Shown: piece after piece, positions 10,080 to 20,080 of the stretch
How positions within the stretch are numbered: the first letter of the stretch is position 1
Layout of the letters: every line of letters begins with the position of its first letter
Source of the DNA: Cyanophyceae cyanobacterium
Lineage (GTDB): Bacteria > Cyanobacteriota > Cyanobacteriia > Cyanobacteriales > Laspinemataceae
Direction of reading: 5' to 3'
Assembly: GCA_038321985.1 (NCBI GenBank)
Contig: JBBQFN010000001.1
Span: 160,001-224,000, forward strand
Length of the DNA: 64,000 nt
The notes under the pieces: model-generated
Seen by the model: only the letters and a program-made list of their open reading frames with translations
The model's database searches: none
Told to the model about the DNA's origin: nothing
Made by a program: the position numbers and the translations under genes

Positions 10080-11341
10080 AACCAGGAAATAATTGGACTC
10101 AAAAGCGGATTGGTGAAGTCTGTCTGGTGGGAGATGGCACTCATGCCAAAATCAAAAGACAAGACCAGGGTATTCTCTATTTAACTGCCAAAAATATTAA
10201 ACCAGGTCGGTTAAATCTTGCCAAAGTAGATTATATCTCGGAAACAGATTTTGACCGCTATTTTTGTAATAGTATTCAATCTATCCGCAAGCCAGAAGCC
10301 GGGGATATCTTATTTGGAATTATCGGGAGTATCGGAGAACCTTATTTAGTCCAACCCGAAGACTCATTTGGAATTTCTAGCAGTCTAGCGATTTTAAGAC
10401 CTAATCAGGCCATTTTGTGGTCTCCTTATCTTTATTACTGGGTGAAAAGTCCGATTTTTCAAAATGCGTTACAGGCAAGAAAGGCTGGAGTGGTGCAGTG
10501 TTATATCAGTTTAGACGCCTTAAAAAGAATGCCACTTGTCTATCCCGATTTGGGCAGCCAACAAAAAATAGCCGCCATTCTTACGGATTATGATGACTTA
10601 ATTTCTAACAACCAACGGCGGATTCAGATTCTCGAACAGATGGCGCAAAGCATCTATCACGAGTGGTTTGTGAAGTGGCGGATTCCTAATTTGGAATGGC
10701 GTAAGGCAACGGACGAAGAACAACAAATCACCGGCAAAGAACTTTTTCCCGTAGGATGGGCGATCGAACCGATTGGCAATGCGATCGCCACCCTGAGTGG
10801 GGATACTCCCGCGAAGAAAAAACCCGAATACTGGGCGAATGGAACGTTAGTATGGTACCGAACCACCGATCTAACAACTGAGGGAACAATGTTTATTTCC
10901 GGTTCCACTCACAAAATTACAGAGTTGGGGCGGCAGCGTAATAAGATTCGCACATTCCCCCCCTATTCGGTGATGATGACATCTCGGGCAACGATTGGAG
11001 TAGTGGCAATTAATACCACAACCGCTTGTACCAATCAAGGATTTATTACTTGTATTCCCAATGAACGGTTATCGGCTTACTATCTGTATTTTTGGATTGG
11101 GGAAAACCGCGATCGCATTTTTAACTTAGCATCGGGATTGATGTACCGAGAAATCAATCTGGGCTGGTTTCGGCAGTTACCGATCGCTATTCCTGACTCT
11201 GCCACCCACCGTCACTTTATAGAAACCCTCGACCCCATCTGTCAGCAAATCGAAACGTTACAAGCAAAAACAACTAACCTCAAATTAACTCGGGAGTTAC
11301 TCCTGAATCAATTACTCTCCGGTGAAGTGGATCTGAAGTAA
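10076..11341 (+). CDS. hsdS: Type I restriction-modification specificity subunit S
   Basis: Two TRDs, central conserved helix QQKIAAIL..YDDLI.NN.RRI.ILEQMAQSIY.EWFV, and C-terminal LLLNQLLSGEV. Confidence 0.93.
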   Translation: MKPGNNWTQKRIGEVCLVGDGTHAKIKRQDQGILYLTAKNIKPGRLNLAKVDYISETDFDRYFCNSIQSIRKPEAGDILFGIIGSIGEPYLVQPEDSFGISSSLAILRPNQAILWSPYLYYWVKSPIFQNALQARKAGVVQCYISLDALKRMPLVYPDLGSQQKIAAILTDYDDLISNNQRRIQILEQMAQSIYHEWFVKWRIPNLEWRKATDEEQQITGKELFPVGWAIEPIGNAIATLSGDTPAKKKPEYWANGTLVWYRTTDLTTEGTMFISGSTHKITELGRQRNKIRTFPPYSVMMTSRATIGVVAINTTTACTNQGFITCIPNERLSAYYLYFWIGENRDRIFNLASGLMYREINLGWFRQLPIAIPDSATHRHFIETLDPICQQIETLQAKTTNLKLTRELLLNQLLSGEVDLK

Positions 11342-11582
11342 TGAACAGGTAAAGAGATCCCCTTAATTTTAAGCGAAAACATCAGCATATCTCCCCAGCA
11401 TATCGAACATTTTCATGCAAAATCTAGGGGAGAGGGATGAATAGAAACAGCTTTCTCCCTTCAACAGAAAACTCTTTACCACGGGACACCCGGTGAAGCG
11501 ACGCTTATCCGAGCCGGATCTTCCCCGGTTTGAGGGAAATTCCCCTCATCCTATCTAATTTTAGTGAAATTTATTGAAGTTT

Positions 11583-12818
11583 TTATCCCTGACTGGGATG
11601 AATTTCTAAGGGAAAAATAACCAAAAACTCTGACCCGTCCCCGAGTTTAGAAACTACCTGAATTTCTCCTTTTAGAAGTTCCACCAGTTGGGAGACGATG
11701 GTCAATCCTAACCCGGTACTTCCCTCGACTTGTTGAGAAACTTGCTGGGCAACTCGGGAAAAAGGCTGGAAAATTTGCTCTATATTTTCGGGAGCAATCC
11801 CGATACCTGTATCCCTAACGCCCAGCAACCATTTATCATTAGGAAGGCTTTCACAGAAAATTGTAATAGATCCAGTTTCGGTATAGCGCACTGCATTACT
11901 CAGAAGATTGATTAAAATCCGCTGGAAGCGAGACAGATCCGTAGTGATGTACTTAGGAGCGTGATTATTACTAATAATAATTTGTAATTGTTTGTCTTGG
12001 GCCAGGGGTTCAATCGTTTCTACAGTTGCGGCGATTACGGGACTCAGTTCAATGGTCATCAGTTTTAAGTGAGTCGTTCCGGAGTCAACTTGAGACAGTT
12101 CTAAAGAATTATTTACCAGTTGTAGTAATTGCCGAGAAGCGCGGAGGACTCGCTCGATGCGCTCAATCGTAACAGCATCTTCTTTTTCTTTAGATTGTTG
12201 CTGACGTAGAAGCAGTTGCGAATAAGCCATAATTGAACTTAAGGGCGTTTTAAGTTCATGGGCCAGATGAGAAAAACTTTCTTGACTGAGACTTAACAAG
12301 CGGTTTAGCTCTTCATTATTTTTTGTAACTTGCTGCTGAAGCTGTTCGAGTTTTTGAGTCCTTTCTTCTACAAATTGATGAAAGCAATAAGCAGTAGCTT
12401 GGTCAATAACGGCATCAATAATCCGAAAAGCTCGATAAGATTCAACATTCGGTAATTCTAATAATTCCTCTTTTAAAGCTGAAAAAATTACTTGGCGCAG
12501 CAGGCGATATTCCTGTGCGATTTCGCCTGCATTATACCCATGCTCAAATCGATTTACTCCATGCTCTAAGCTGGCTTGAGCAACCACTTCAAAATCATCT
12601 TCTTCTGATTCGTTTAAAGCGGTTGTCATCGCCTTTAAAACTTGAGGAATTAAATCGGTCAGAGCCGGTTCAGATAAGTTTTTAGAGCTTTCAATTTTAA
12701 CATCTCGCCGGACTGCTTTTTTCCATTTTTTTACAATTTCGTCAATTTTACGTTCAAAAGATTGACTGATAGTTTCCATGAAAATTGAGTTAAGGTGTGT
12801 CATAACATCAGGGACCAA
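11583..12818 (-). CDS. Soluble sensor histidine kinase with an RsbRD_N-like N-terminal domain
   Basis: H-box LAHELKTPL, N-box NLLSNAVRY, DTGIGI and GTGLGL. N-terminal HG..RF..GY...EI..EY..LR. No TM segments. Start may be ATG at 12779. Confidence 0.88.
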   Translation of the reverse strand: MVPDVMTHLNSIFMETISQSFERKIDEIVKKWKKAVRRDVKIESSKNLSEPALTDLIPQVLKAMTTALNESEEDDFEVVAQASLEHGVNRFEHGYNAGEIAQEYRLLRQVIFSALKEELLELPNVESYRAFRIIDAVIDQATAYCFHQFVEERTQKLEQLQQQVTKNNEELNRLLSLSQESFSHLAHELKTPLSSIMAYSQLLLRQQQSKEKEDAVTIERIERVLRASRQLLQLVNNSLELSQVDSGTTHLKLMTIELSPVIAATVETIEPLAQDKQLQIIISNNHAPKYITTDLSRFQRILINLLSNAVRYTETGSITIFCESLPNDKWLLGVRDTGIGIAPENIEQIFQPFSRVAQQVSQQVEGSTGLGLTIVSQLVELLKGEIQVVSKLGDGSEFLVIFPLEIHPSQG

Positions 12819-13464
12819 ATTTAAGGAGTGAAGTCTTTAAACGGGATATAAACTAGAGAAATTTAGAAGCGCGGTTGAGTGGCCGATCTCCCTCGTTGCG
12901 ATCGCCAGAGTAACCCGGGTACTGTTGTCAGTGTCATTGAAGCGTTAAAAACTGGCTTAAACCTGAATTTAGAACAAGCAGCGGTAATATGCCCCGGTGG
13001 GAGGCAATTTCCCTAAAATTAAGAGGTTTTTCTGGCCCAATAGCATCCTTGCCAGGGACCGCACCGGGTAGAAATCAGTTGGCGATCGCCACGGGTGCCG
13101 TACAACTGAGTGAAAATCTCCCCTGGAGTCTGAGGAGATTTTCTTCTTTCCGTAACTTGTCACCCCAAATGCCGACCTCCGTAGAAACCATGCATCTTCT
13201 CCTTGACTCAGTGGACCCATTTCTGAAATCATCCTGGATTTCATTATTTAGATGAAGATTGCTATTATTCTACCCTAAGACGGTGGCTAAATTGACAGCA
13301 ATTAGGTTAAAAACGAAACGCTTAAATTACTTTTTGATTTCCTGCCCCTGATTTTACGTGGGAATGACAGCCCAACTGCCCCTACTTCATACCCTATCCA
13401 GTGGGAACTCCCCCCGGCGATCGACTAAAATTTGGGAATAACTGCACTTCTACAGAGCGTGGGC

Positions 13465-14277
13465 ATGAACTGGCAAGAAATTTCAGGGAATTGGGTCCAT
13501 ATCCCCCCCCGCACTCGGGGCATTGTTCATTTCCTCGGGGGAGCATTCCTGGCGGCGGCACCCCAAGTCACCTATCGATGGTTACTCGAACAACTAAGTT
13601 TGCAAGGATATACCATCATTGCGACACCTTTTGTCAGCACCTTTGATCACGGCGCGATCGCCGTTAATATCCTGGAACGCTTCGAGTGGTGCCTTGAACA
13701 ATTGCGCCTTTCCGGTAAATTACCTAAAGGCTATCTTCCCATCTACGGAATGGGTCATAGTATGGGTTGCAAACTGCACTTGCTGATCGGCAGTTTATTT
13801 GAAGTCGAACGTGCCGGTAATATCCTGATTTCCTATAACAATTACCCCGCTCGGCGTTCGATCCCCTTCTTAGATCTTGTCGAACAATTACCCACATCTT
13901 GGGGTGCCCAATTACCCGCTGCCTTTTCTGTTGAATTCACCCCTTCTCCAGAAGAAACAAACCAGATTATTGCCCAACGTTATCAAATTAAGCGCAATCT
14001 GATCGTCAAATTTAAAGACGATACGCTTGATCAAACCCTGATGTTATTCCCCGTTGTCCAACAACGTTTTCCCAAACTCGTCTCGATGATAACCCTACCG
14101 GGAAACCATCTCACCCCCTTAAGTCAAGACCCCGGGTGGAAATCCGGCAGCGAGTTCTCCGCTTTCGATGCGATCGCTCAGTGGCTCCGCCAAGAAATGT
14201 ATCGCGAACCCGTTCGCCTCAAAGATGAAATTGTCCGATGGCTCAATCCCATCCAACCCCTTAGACCCCTAGTTTAA
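13465..14277 (+). CDS. DUF1350 family alpha/beta hydrolase-like protein
   Basis: MNWQEISGNW, HFLGGAF and GHSMGCKLHLL nucleophile elbow. Confidence 0.85.
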   Translation: MNWQEISGNWVHIPPRTRGIVHFLGGAFLAAAPQVTYRWLLEQLSLQGYTIIATPFVSTFDHGAIAVNILERFEWCLEQLRLSGKLPKGYLPIYGMGHSMGCKLHLLIGSLFEVERAGNILISYNNYPARRSIPFLDLVEQLPTSWGAQLPAAFSVEFTPSPEETNQIIAQRYQIKRNLIVKFKDDTLDQTLMLFPVVQQRFPKLVSMITLPGNHLTPLSQDPGWKSGSEFSAFDAIAQWLRQEMYREPVRLKDEIVRWLNPIQPLRPLV

Positions 14278-14292
14278 TCGCTTTTTCATCCT

Positions 14293-14934
14293 TCATCCCG
14301 CCTCCTTTTTAAGACTTACCTCGGCCCGATACAGCAGCTTATTTCCTTGTCGATATCCGCTGCTGCGGACTCTTACGATCTCCCCCGGTTCAGCGATTCC
14401 ATCCCGCAACTGGTGCTGCTGGGGATTGTAGGGAATTTCCGCACCCACCGGGGCGATCGCCTCTACTCCCCACTCTTGCAATAACCGTTCCACCGGATGC
14501 AACAATGGCAGCAGACGCACCGCAGGCAAGTCCGGATTTTGCTGGGCTGCATAGGCCGCAGTCGGCCAGTTGTGCAACCAAGATTCTAAAATATCTAAAC
14601 TTGTGAGCTGAAATTCCTGCAACAGAGACTCCCGTTGCTGCTGCATCTCAACCTGGAGGCGATCGTATTCGGTTTGCAGTGCCGAACTTTCCAGCAGAGT
14701 ATCCCCTGCCTCAACTCCTGCGCATCTGACCAATAACTCCGATAGGGTCACTTGTAAGACGTCCGCCAAGACCAGCAAGGGTTCTACTCGCATCTGCAAC
14801 GCCTTTCCCTGCCGGAGTTGCCTCACCTGCCAGTGAGAAACCCCCGCTTGACGAGCCAGCGATCGAAAGCTGGGGATTCCTACTCTTTGCATTAATCCTT
14901 GTAATTGTTGGCTGGAGTCTAGAATATCAGTCAT
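14293..14934 (-). CDS. XRE-type HTH protein with C-terminal GrpE-like domain
   Basis: N-terminal HTH (SFRSLARQAGVSHWQV), coiled coil, and GrpE-head-like VGAEIPYNPQQHQ..GEIVRVRSSGY..G.KLLYRAEV. Confidence 0.75.
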   Translation of the reverse strand: MTDILDSSQQLQGLMQRVGIPSFRSLARQAGVSHWQVRQLRQGKALQMRVEPLLVLADVLQVTLSELLVRCAGVEAGDTLLESSALQTEYDRLQVEMQQQRESLLQEFQLTSLDILESWLHNWPTAAYAAQQNPDLPAVRLLPLLHPVERLLQEWGVEAIAPVGAEIPYNPQQHQLRDGIAEPGEIVRVRSSGYRQGNKLLYRAEVSLKKEAG

Positions 14935-15089
14935 GAGTCCCAGGTCATCAATAAAATGTAAACTTAGATATATCGCAAGTCTAAATGAATCTGACAATTC
15001 TGGTCGCTACAATCTTGCTGATGGTGATTGCTTCATTCCAGATAGCCTGAATGATTCTGAGTCGCTCTACTATCCTGAATATCAAAAAA

Positions 15090-15183
15090 TAACAGCAAGT
15101 CGTTACGATGAAGATGAAGAAACAACTTAACAACTTACTGTCGTTATTCCCCCTTTGTCGTAACGACTTACTGTCGTTATTCC
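15090..15183. repeat. Cluster of TAACGACT-N-GTCGTTA REP-like repeats
   Basis: ACTTACTGTCGTTATTCC twice in direct orientation plus an inverted copy at 15090. Related copies at 38105-38130 and 54145-54165. Confidence 0.6.
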
Positions 15184-15251
15184 CGGTTTGTAATTGCTCA
15201 CCGAGAAGCCCGGTTTCTTATTTCGGGACTGTCACAGTTCTAAGAATCACT

Positions 15252-15770
15252 TTACTCTTCGAGGAGACTTCTTAACATCCATGCGGTTTTTTCATGAATA
15301 TGCATCCGCTGGGTTAATAAATCCGCCGTGGGTTCATCGTTAGCTGTATCAACAGCGGGGAAGATAGAACGCGCCGTTCGGACCACCGCTTCTTGTCCTT
15401 CCACTAACAATTGAATCATCTCTTTCGCCTTCGGTACCCCGAGGGTTTCTTCAATCGAGCTTAATTGACTGAACTCCGTGTAAGTCGCAGGAGCCGGATA
15501 TCCCAAGGCTCGAATCCGCTCGGCAATGAGATCGACTGCTAAGGCCAATTCGGTGTACTGCGTCTCAAACATCAAGTGCAAGGTCTGGAACATTGGCCCC
15601 GTGACGTTCCAGTGGAAATTATGGGTTTTCAAGTAAAGGGTATAGGTATCGGCGAGGACCCGCGATAACCCGTCGGCAATTTCTTGCCGGTCGTTTGGAT
15701 TAATGCCCGTATTGATTTTTGAGGCTTTATCTTTCTCTTTGTCTTTATCTTTGTCTTTATCTTTTGCCAT
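15252..15770 (-). CDS. dps: Dps family DNA protection / ferritin-like protein
   Basis: LYLKTHNFHWNVTGPMF.TLH.MFE, DLIAERIRALG and HEKTAWML. Confidence 0.95.
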   Translation of the reverse strand: MAKDKDKDKDKEKDKASKINTGINPNDRQEIADGLSRVLADTYTLYLKTHNFHWNVTGPMFQTLHLMFETQYTELALAVDLIAERIRALGYPAPATYTEFSQLSSIEETLGVPKAKEMIQLLVEGQEAVVRTARSIFPAVDTANDEPTADLLTQRMHIHEKTAWMLRSLLEE

Positions 15771-15829
15771 GAATCGGTCTCCTTTAGAATGAATATCTTG
15801 TTGACGAGATGACTAGGGGACGCACCCAC

Positions 15830-16090
15830 TCAGGCTAAGTGCATTTTTAGCACGGAGTGTGGAGCACGGCGGACGTTACAGCGAATGGTTTCATACCCCA
15901 GGCGTTGACAAGCCTCATAACGGTGACAACCCGAAAAGCCGTAATATTCCCCTTCTACTTCTAGCACGTCTATTGGTTCGAGCAATCCGATTTTTTGGAT
16001 GGACTCCATCAGTGTAGTGACTTTTTGGGGGTCGTTCTGGCGTGGTAATGGACGCCTAATCTTGGCAATTGGGATTTCTTGGACTCTCAT
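15830..16090 (-). CDS. srxA: Sulfiredoxin (ParB/Srx fold)
   Basis: 86 aa with PIDVL and the catalytic signature YYGFSGCHR. Confidence 0.88.
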   Translation of the reverse strand: MRVQEIPIAKIRRPLPRQNDPQKVTTLMESIQKIGLLEPIDVLEVEGEYYGFSGCHRYEACQRLGYETIRCNVRRAPHSVLKMHLA

Positions 16091-16126
16091 ATTCGTTATT
16101 TTTCAATTTTTGAGAGGATTCTTATA

Positions 16127-16147
16127 TCATAGTCGGAATGACTATGA
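16127..16147. promoter_or_regulatory. Palindromic operator candidate TCATAGTC-N5-GACTATGA upstream of srx-dps
   Basis: Perfect 8-5-8 inverted repeat 37-57 bp upstream of the srx ATG. Confidence 0.55.
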
Positions 16148-16484
16148 GTTGCAATAAGTCAGAGGGGGGAGATTGGATAGACTGATAACTCCAGGTTTTT
16201 TCCTGAAGGCGGAGTCCATAAGAGGCTGGAGGCACTGCGGGTCCCCAGATTGAATTCGGCTATTCGCCACAACCGTAGGGGCCAGGGATGGGGTAGGGAA
16301 GAAAAAAAGATGGAAAGTCTCAGGAATTTTGACCAGAATATACAAGGATAGAATGGACGATCGCCACGGTGAGCGACTGCTTTCTTTCGAGGTTAAGGTT
16401 TTGAAATTCACGCCGTCGCACGAAAAGTAGGCCATTGTAGAGCATTTAGGGCAGATATTTAAAGAAATTAAGGGGGGTAGAACC

Positions 16485-18239
16485 GTGAAATCAACAGTAT
16501 ATCGAACACTGAATCTGGGGGTCCATTCCCTAACCGGGAGCGATCGCCTGGGGATCACCCCAGGACACCTTGTAGGCCCGTCTAGGGGAGTGAAACAGAC
16601 TCCTGTAACGCCAGCATCGAAACGGGTGCAGGGCCCATGGCTGGGGCGGATATCGGCAGTGGCGCTTACGGTGCTCTGTTTCTGGAGTATTCCAGGTTCG
16701 GGGGTCCGAGGCAATGAGGTGCCGAATCGAGAACTAGAGATTGGGGTGGTGCAGCGGTTTGGCAGCAAACCGACGGATAAGCTAATTTTGAAAGCCTTAG
16801 AAGGCGATCGCCTGTATGTCCGCTTTGAGGGGGGTGATGGTACACCTCAAACTCAAGAAGTGAGCGAAATACAGCTAGAAATTGTCATGCAACCTCTAGC
16901 CCAACCCATCCTAGAAGAACGGGTAGTGTTGAGTACCCATCGCAGTTTTGAGAATGCGGAACAGAGCGCCCATGAATGGCGGCAAAAGGGGATTGACGTA
17001 GAAATTGCCCATCCAGAACGATGGCAAGTGTGGGCTAAGCGGGAGGTGTATAGAACGCCGTTACTGCGGCGGTTGCTGATCCAAAATCTGCAAGCCGAGG
17101 GATATGAAACGGCTTTTTTGGATACGGCGATCGTGCAGCAGTCTCCCCAACCGAGTTGGGTATTTGAAGGATTCCGCTATAATCGCGATCGCCTGGAGAT
17201 TTGGTCAGGACGCGATCGGATTCAGGTTAGCCAACAAAAAGATGACCGCAACCCCAGCCTTTACCCCGGGAAACTGCGAGTACAGCCGAATGCCTACGGC
17301 AGCTTTACCTTGATTAACGAGGTTCCCATCGAAGCCTATCTGCGCGGAGTCGTCCCTCATGAAATTGGAGCCGAGGCACCCTATCCAGCAGTAGAAGCTC
17401 AAGCGATTATTGCCCGAACTTATGTGTTGCGGAACTTGCGACGATTTGAGATCGATAATTACGAGTTATGCGCCAATACCCAGTGTCAGGTTTATAAAGG
17501 AATTGGAGAGACTTGGGACCGCTCGGACCGTGCGATCGCCGCCACTGCGGGGAAAGTGCTCACTTATAACAACGAATTAATCGATGCCCTTTATTCCTCC
17601 TCCACGGGGGGGGTCACCGCCCCATTTCAAGATATGTGGGACGGTGCCGATCGCCCTTATTTGAAAGCGGTACTCGACTCCGTGGGCAATGTGTGGGACT
17701 TATCCCGCTACAGTTTAGCCAACGAGCAAAACTTCCGACGGTTTATAACCCTAGACAAAGGGTTTAATGAAGAAGAGTGGGATCTATTTCGGTGGCGGGA
17801 AGTCAGCAGCCTAGCTCAAATGAATAAAAACCTCCGGGATTATCTTCAGGAGAAGCAACATCCCCAGGCAAATTTTCAGACCATACAAGCGGTAGACGTT
17901 GTGGAAAGAAGCCCTGCGGGGCGGGCGATCGCTGTTAATGTGACCATGGATCGGGGATCAGTCACCCTGATTAAAGATGAAATCCTCCGAGCATTTTGGG
18001 CCCCCTTAAGTACCTTCTTTTATCTAGAACCGATGTATGGTGAGGATAAGATTTTTAAGGGATATGTCTTTGTCGGGGGTGGCTTTGGACATGGGGTCGG
18101 TTTGAGCCAGAGTGGTTCCCACCGATTAGCGAAATTGGGATGGACCAGCGATCGGATTCTCAAGTTCTACTATCCCGGCACCGAAATTCAACCGATGTCT
18201 GAAAACCTTATCTTGTGGCGCGATCCCTTAAATCCCTAA
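16485..18239 (+). CDS. SpoIID/LytB domain protein
   Basis: YLRGVVPHE, AQAIIARTY, QCQVYKG and GGGFGHGVGLSQ, with an N-terminal hydrophobic segment. Start uncertain. Confidence 0.9.
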   Translation: MKSTVYRTLNLGVHSLTGSDRLGITPGHLVGPSRGVKQTPVTPASKRVQGPWLGRISAVALTVLCFWSIPGSGVRGNEVPNRELEIGVVQRFGSKPTDKLILKALEGDRLYVRFEGGDGTPQTQEVSEIQLEIVMQPLAQPILEERVVLSTHRSFENAEQSAHEWRQKGIDVEIAHPERWQVWAKREVYRTPLLRRLLIQNLQAEGYETAFLDTAIVQQSPQPSWVFEGFRYNRDRLEIWSGRDRIQVSQQKDDRNPSLYPGKLRVQPNAYGSFTLINEVPIEAYLRGVVPHEIGAEAPYPAVEAQAIIARTYVLRNLRRFEIDNYELCANTQCQVYKGIGETWDRSDRAIAATAGKVLTYNNELIDALYSSSTGGVTAPFQDMWDGADRPYLKAVLDSVGNVWDLSRYSLANEQNFRRFITLDKGFNEEEWDLFRWREVSSLAQMNKNLRDYLQEKQHPQANFQTIQAVDVVERSPAGRAIAVNVTMDRGSVTLIKDEILRAFWAPLSTFFYLEPMYGEDKIFKGYVFVGGGFGHGVGLSQSGSHRLAKLGWTSDRILKFYYPGTEIQPMSENLILWRDPLNP

Positions 18240-18243
18240 GATC

Positions 18244-18279
18244 AACAGTAGGGGCGCACCTTGGTGCGCCCCTACTGTT
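18244..18279. repeat. GTAG-type REP-like palindrome / bidirectional terminator
   Basis: AACAGTAGGGGCGCACC-TT-GGTGCGCCCCTACTGTT, perfect 17-bp arms, between convergent genes. Confidence 0.75.
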
Positions 18280-18313
18280 TGAAAAGGGGAAGATTTGAGA
18301 GTTTGGAGTTCCC

Positions 18314-18613
18314 TTAGTAGAGTTCTTCCTCTTGGTGAGTCTTGATCGTACAGTCAGAAGTCGGGTAAGCGACGCAGGTTAAGACATAACCGGCTTCAAT
18401 TTGATCATCATCTAAGAAAGACTGGTCAGACTGGTCCACGGTACCCTGAGTAATTTTGCCAGCACAGGTGGAGCAAGCCCCAGCACGGCAGGAGTAGGGT
18501 AGGTCTAGTCCTTGTTCTTCAGCAGCATCTAAAATGTAGGTATCATCTTCCACGTCAATGGTTTGATTGAGACCTTCGGCTTCGTTGATTAAGGTGACTT
18601 TGAAAGTTGCCAT
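18314..18613 (-). CDS. petF: Plant-type [2Fe-2S] ferredoxin I
   Basis: [40 protein letters not shown]. Confidence 0.97.
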   Translation of the reverse strand: MATFKVTLINEAEGLNQTIDVEDDTYILDAAEEQGLDLPYSCRAGACSTCAGKITQGTVDQSDQSFLDDDQIEAGYVLTCVAYPTSDCTIKTHQEEELY

Positions 18614-18907
18614 TTAGCGTTCTTCTCCGGATAATCGACAGGCTTATAAGTTTTACTAATACAGAGGTTACGCCGTGATTAACGCGCAAGTCTGCTACTA
18701 GGTTCAGCCTTTCTCTGATAGTAGGGGAAAAATCCGAGGTTGCAACCCCCTATGGTCCCTTTTTACCAACAAAATTTATTATAAATATTTCTAATTTAAT
18801 CCTGATTGCTTATACCTAAACCAGGACCCACCCGAAAGTCAGGCCGGATACCTCCCGGGGCCAAAGTTAGGGTAGTATCGATTCTATTGAATTGGCAAAC
18901 TCCAACC

Positions 18908-19945
18908 TTGACGACTCCCTTTAGTTACAGTACCAATCAGTCGCCCGCCGGGGTGGGGGCAGCCCAACTCCCGATTCGGGTGGGTCTTATCGGCACAGGT
19001 TTTGTCGCCAAGCGAAGAGGGCAAAGCCTCCAAGAGGATGAGCGATCGCGCTTAGTGGCTGTAACCGGACATACTCCCGAAAAAACCGAGGAATTTGCCC
19101 AAATTTATCGCACCGTGGCGGTAAACTCCTGGGAGGAGTTGGTGGCACGGCAGGACCTGGATTTGGTGGTTATTTGCAACATCAATCGCGATCGCGAGGC
19201 GATCGTGCGAGCGGCCCTGTTAGCCAATCTCCACGTTATTGTGGAATATCCCCTCTGTCTGGATCCAGTAGAAGCGGAGAACCTGATTGCCTTGGCAAGT
19301 GCAAGGCAACGGCTGCTTCATGTGGAACATATCGAACTGTTGGGGGGAGTTCATCAGGCCCTCAAGCACTCGTTTCCTGAAGTAGGGGAAGTGGCGTATG
19401 CTCGCTACTGTACCCTCAACCCCCAACAGTTCGTGGGGCGCAAGTGGACCTATAACCGAGAGTTATTTGGCTTTCCCTTAAGTGCAGCCCTCTCGCGTCT
19501 ACACCGCCTGACGGATTTATTGGGTACAGTCGCCACAGTCAGTTGTCAAAGCCGGTTTTGGGAGGTGGCGACGGAACCGGAGTTTTTTCGGGCTTGTTTG
19601 TGTACCGCTCAGTTACGGTTTACGAATGGGGCGATCGCGGACGTTATTTATGGCAAAGGAGAAACCTTCTGTGCCAGCGAACGGAAATTTGAAGTGCATG
19701 GAAGTCAGGGAACCTTGATATTTGATGGAGATCAGGGTCAACTGGTGCGATCGGGGGGGATCACTCCCCTCGAAGTCGGGTCCCGACAGGGGTTGTTTGC
19801 CAAAGATACCCAGATGGTCCTGGATCATCTAACCCAGGGCCTCCCCTTGTATGTCGATCCTCAGGCGAGTCTCTATAGCCTTAAAGTTGCAGACGCAGCC
19901 CGTCGTGCGGCGGAAACTGGAACCACGATTGCCCTGGATAACTAG
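18908..19945 (+). CDS. bvdR: Gfo/Idh/MocA oxidoreductase, probable biliverdin reductase
   Basis: GLIGTG Rossmann motif, HVIVEYP and LHVEHIELLGG, typical of cyanobacterial BvdR. Start uncertain (ORF is open from 18806). Confidence 0.75.
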   Translation: MTTPFSYSTNQSPAGVGAAQLPIRVGLIGTGFVAKRRGQSLQEDERSRLVAVTGHTPEKTEEFAQIYRTVAVNSWEELVARQDLDLVVICNINRDREAIVRAALLANLHVIVEYPLCLDPVEAENLIALASARQRLLHVEHIELLGGVHQALKHSFPEVGEVAYARYCTLNPQQFVGRKWTYNRELFGFPLSAALSRLHRLTDLLGTVATVSCQSRFWEVATEPEFFRACLCTAQLRFTNGAIADVIYGKGETFCASERKFEVHGSQGTLIFDGDQGQLVRSGGITPLEVGSRQGLFAKDTQMVLDHLTQGLPLYVDPQASLYSLKVADAARRAAETGTTIALDN

Positions 19946-20080
19946 CCTCCACCCAAGGGTTGAGGTCAAAGTAGCCCTAACTGGGGCTAGGATAAAAGAG
20001 GTAATGTCGGGGCTGTTTTTTTTGATGCTAATAGAATAGATAAACGTAACCGTTCCAATCCGCAATCAAAGGGAGTTAAT

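Noticed and set aside
12969..13255. Two opposed ~90-aa ORFs between the kinase and DUF1350
   Set aside because: No motif or clear RBS. I cannot support either as coding.
15090..15183. Possible mini CRISPR array
   Set aside because: Only 2-3 short units in mixed orientation, spacers too short, no cas genes, and it matches a dispersed REP-like family.
16142..16768. 208-aa minus-strand ORF upstream of srx
   Set aside because: Overlaps the SpoIID gene and the operator region, and shows no recognisable motif.
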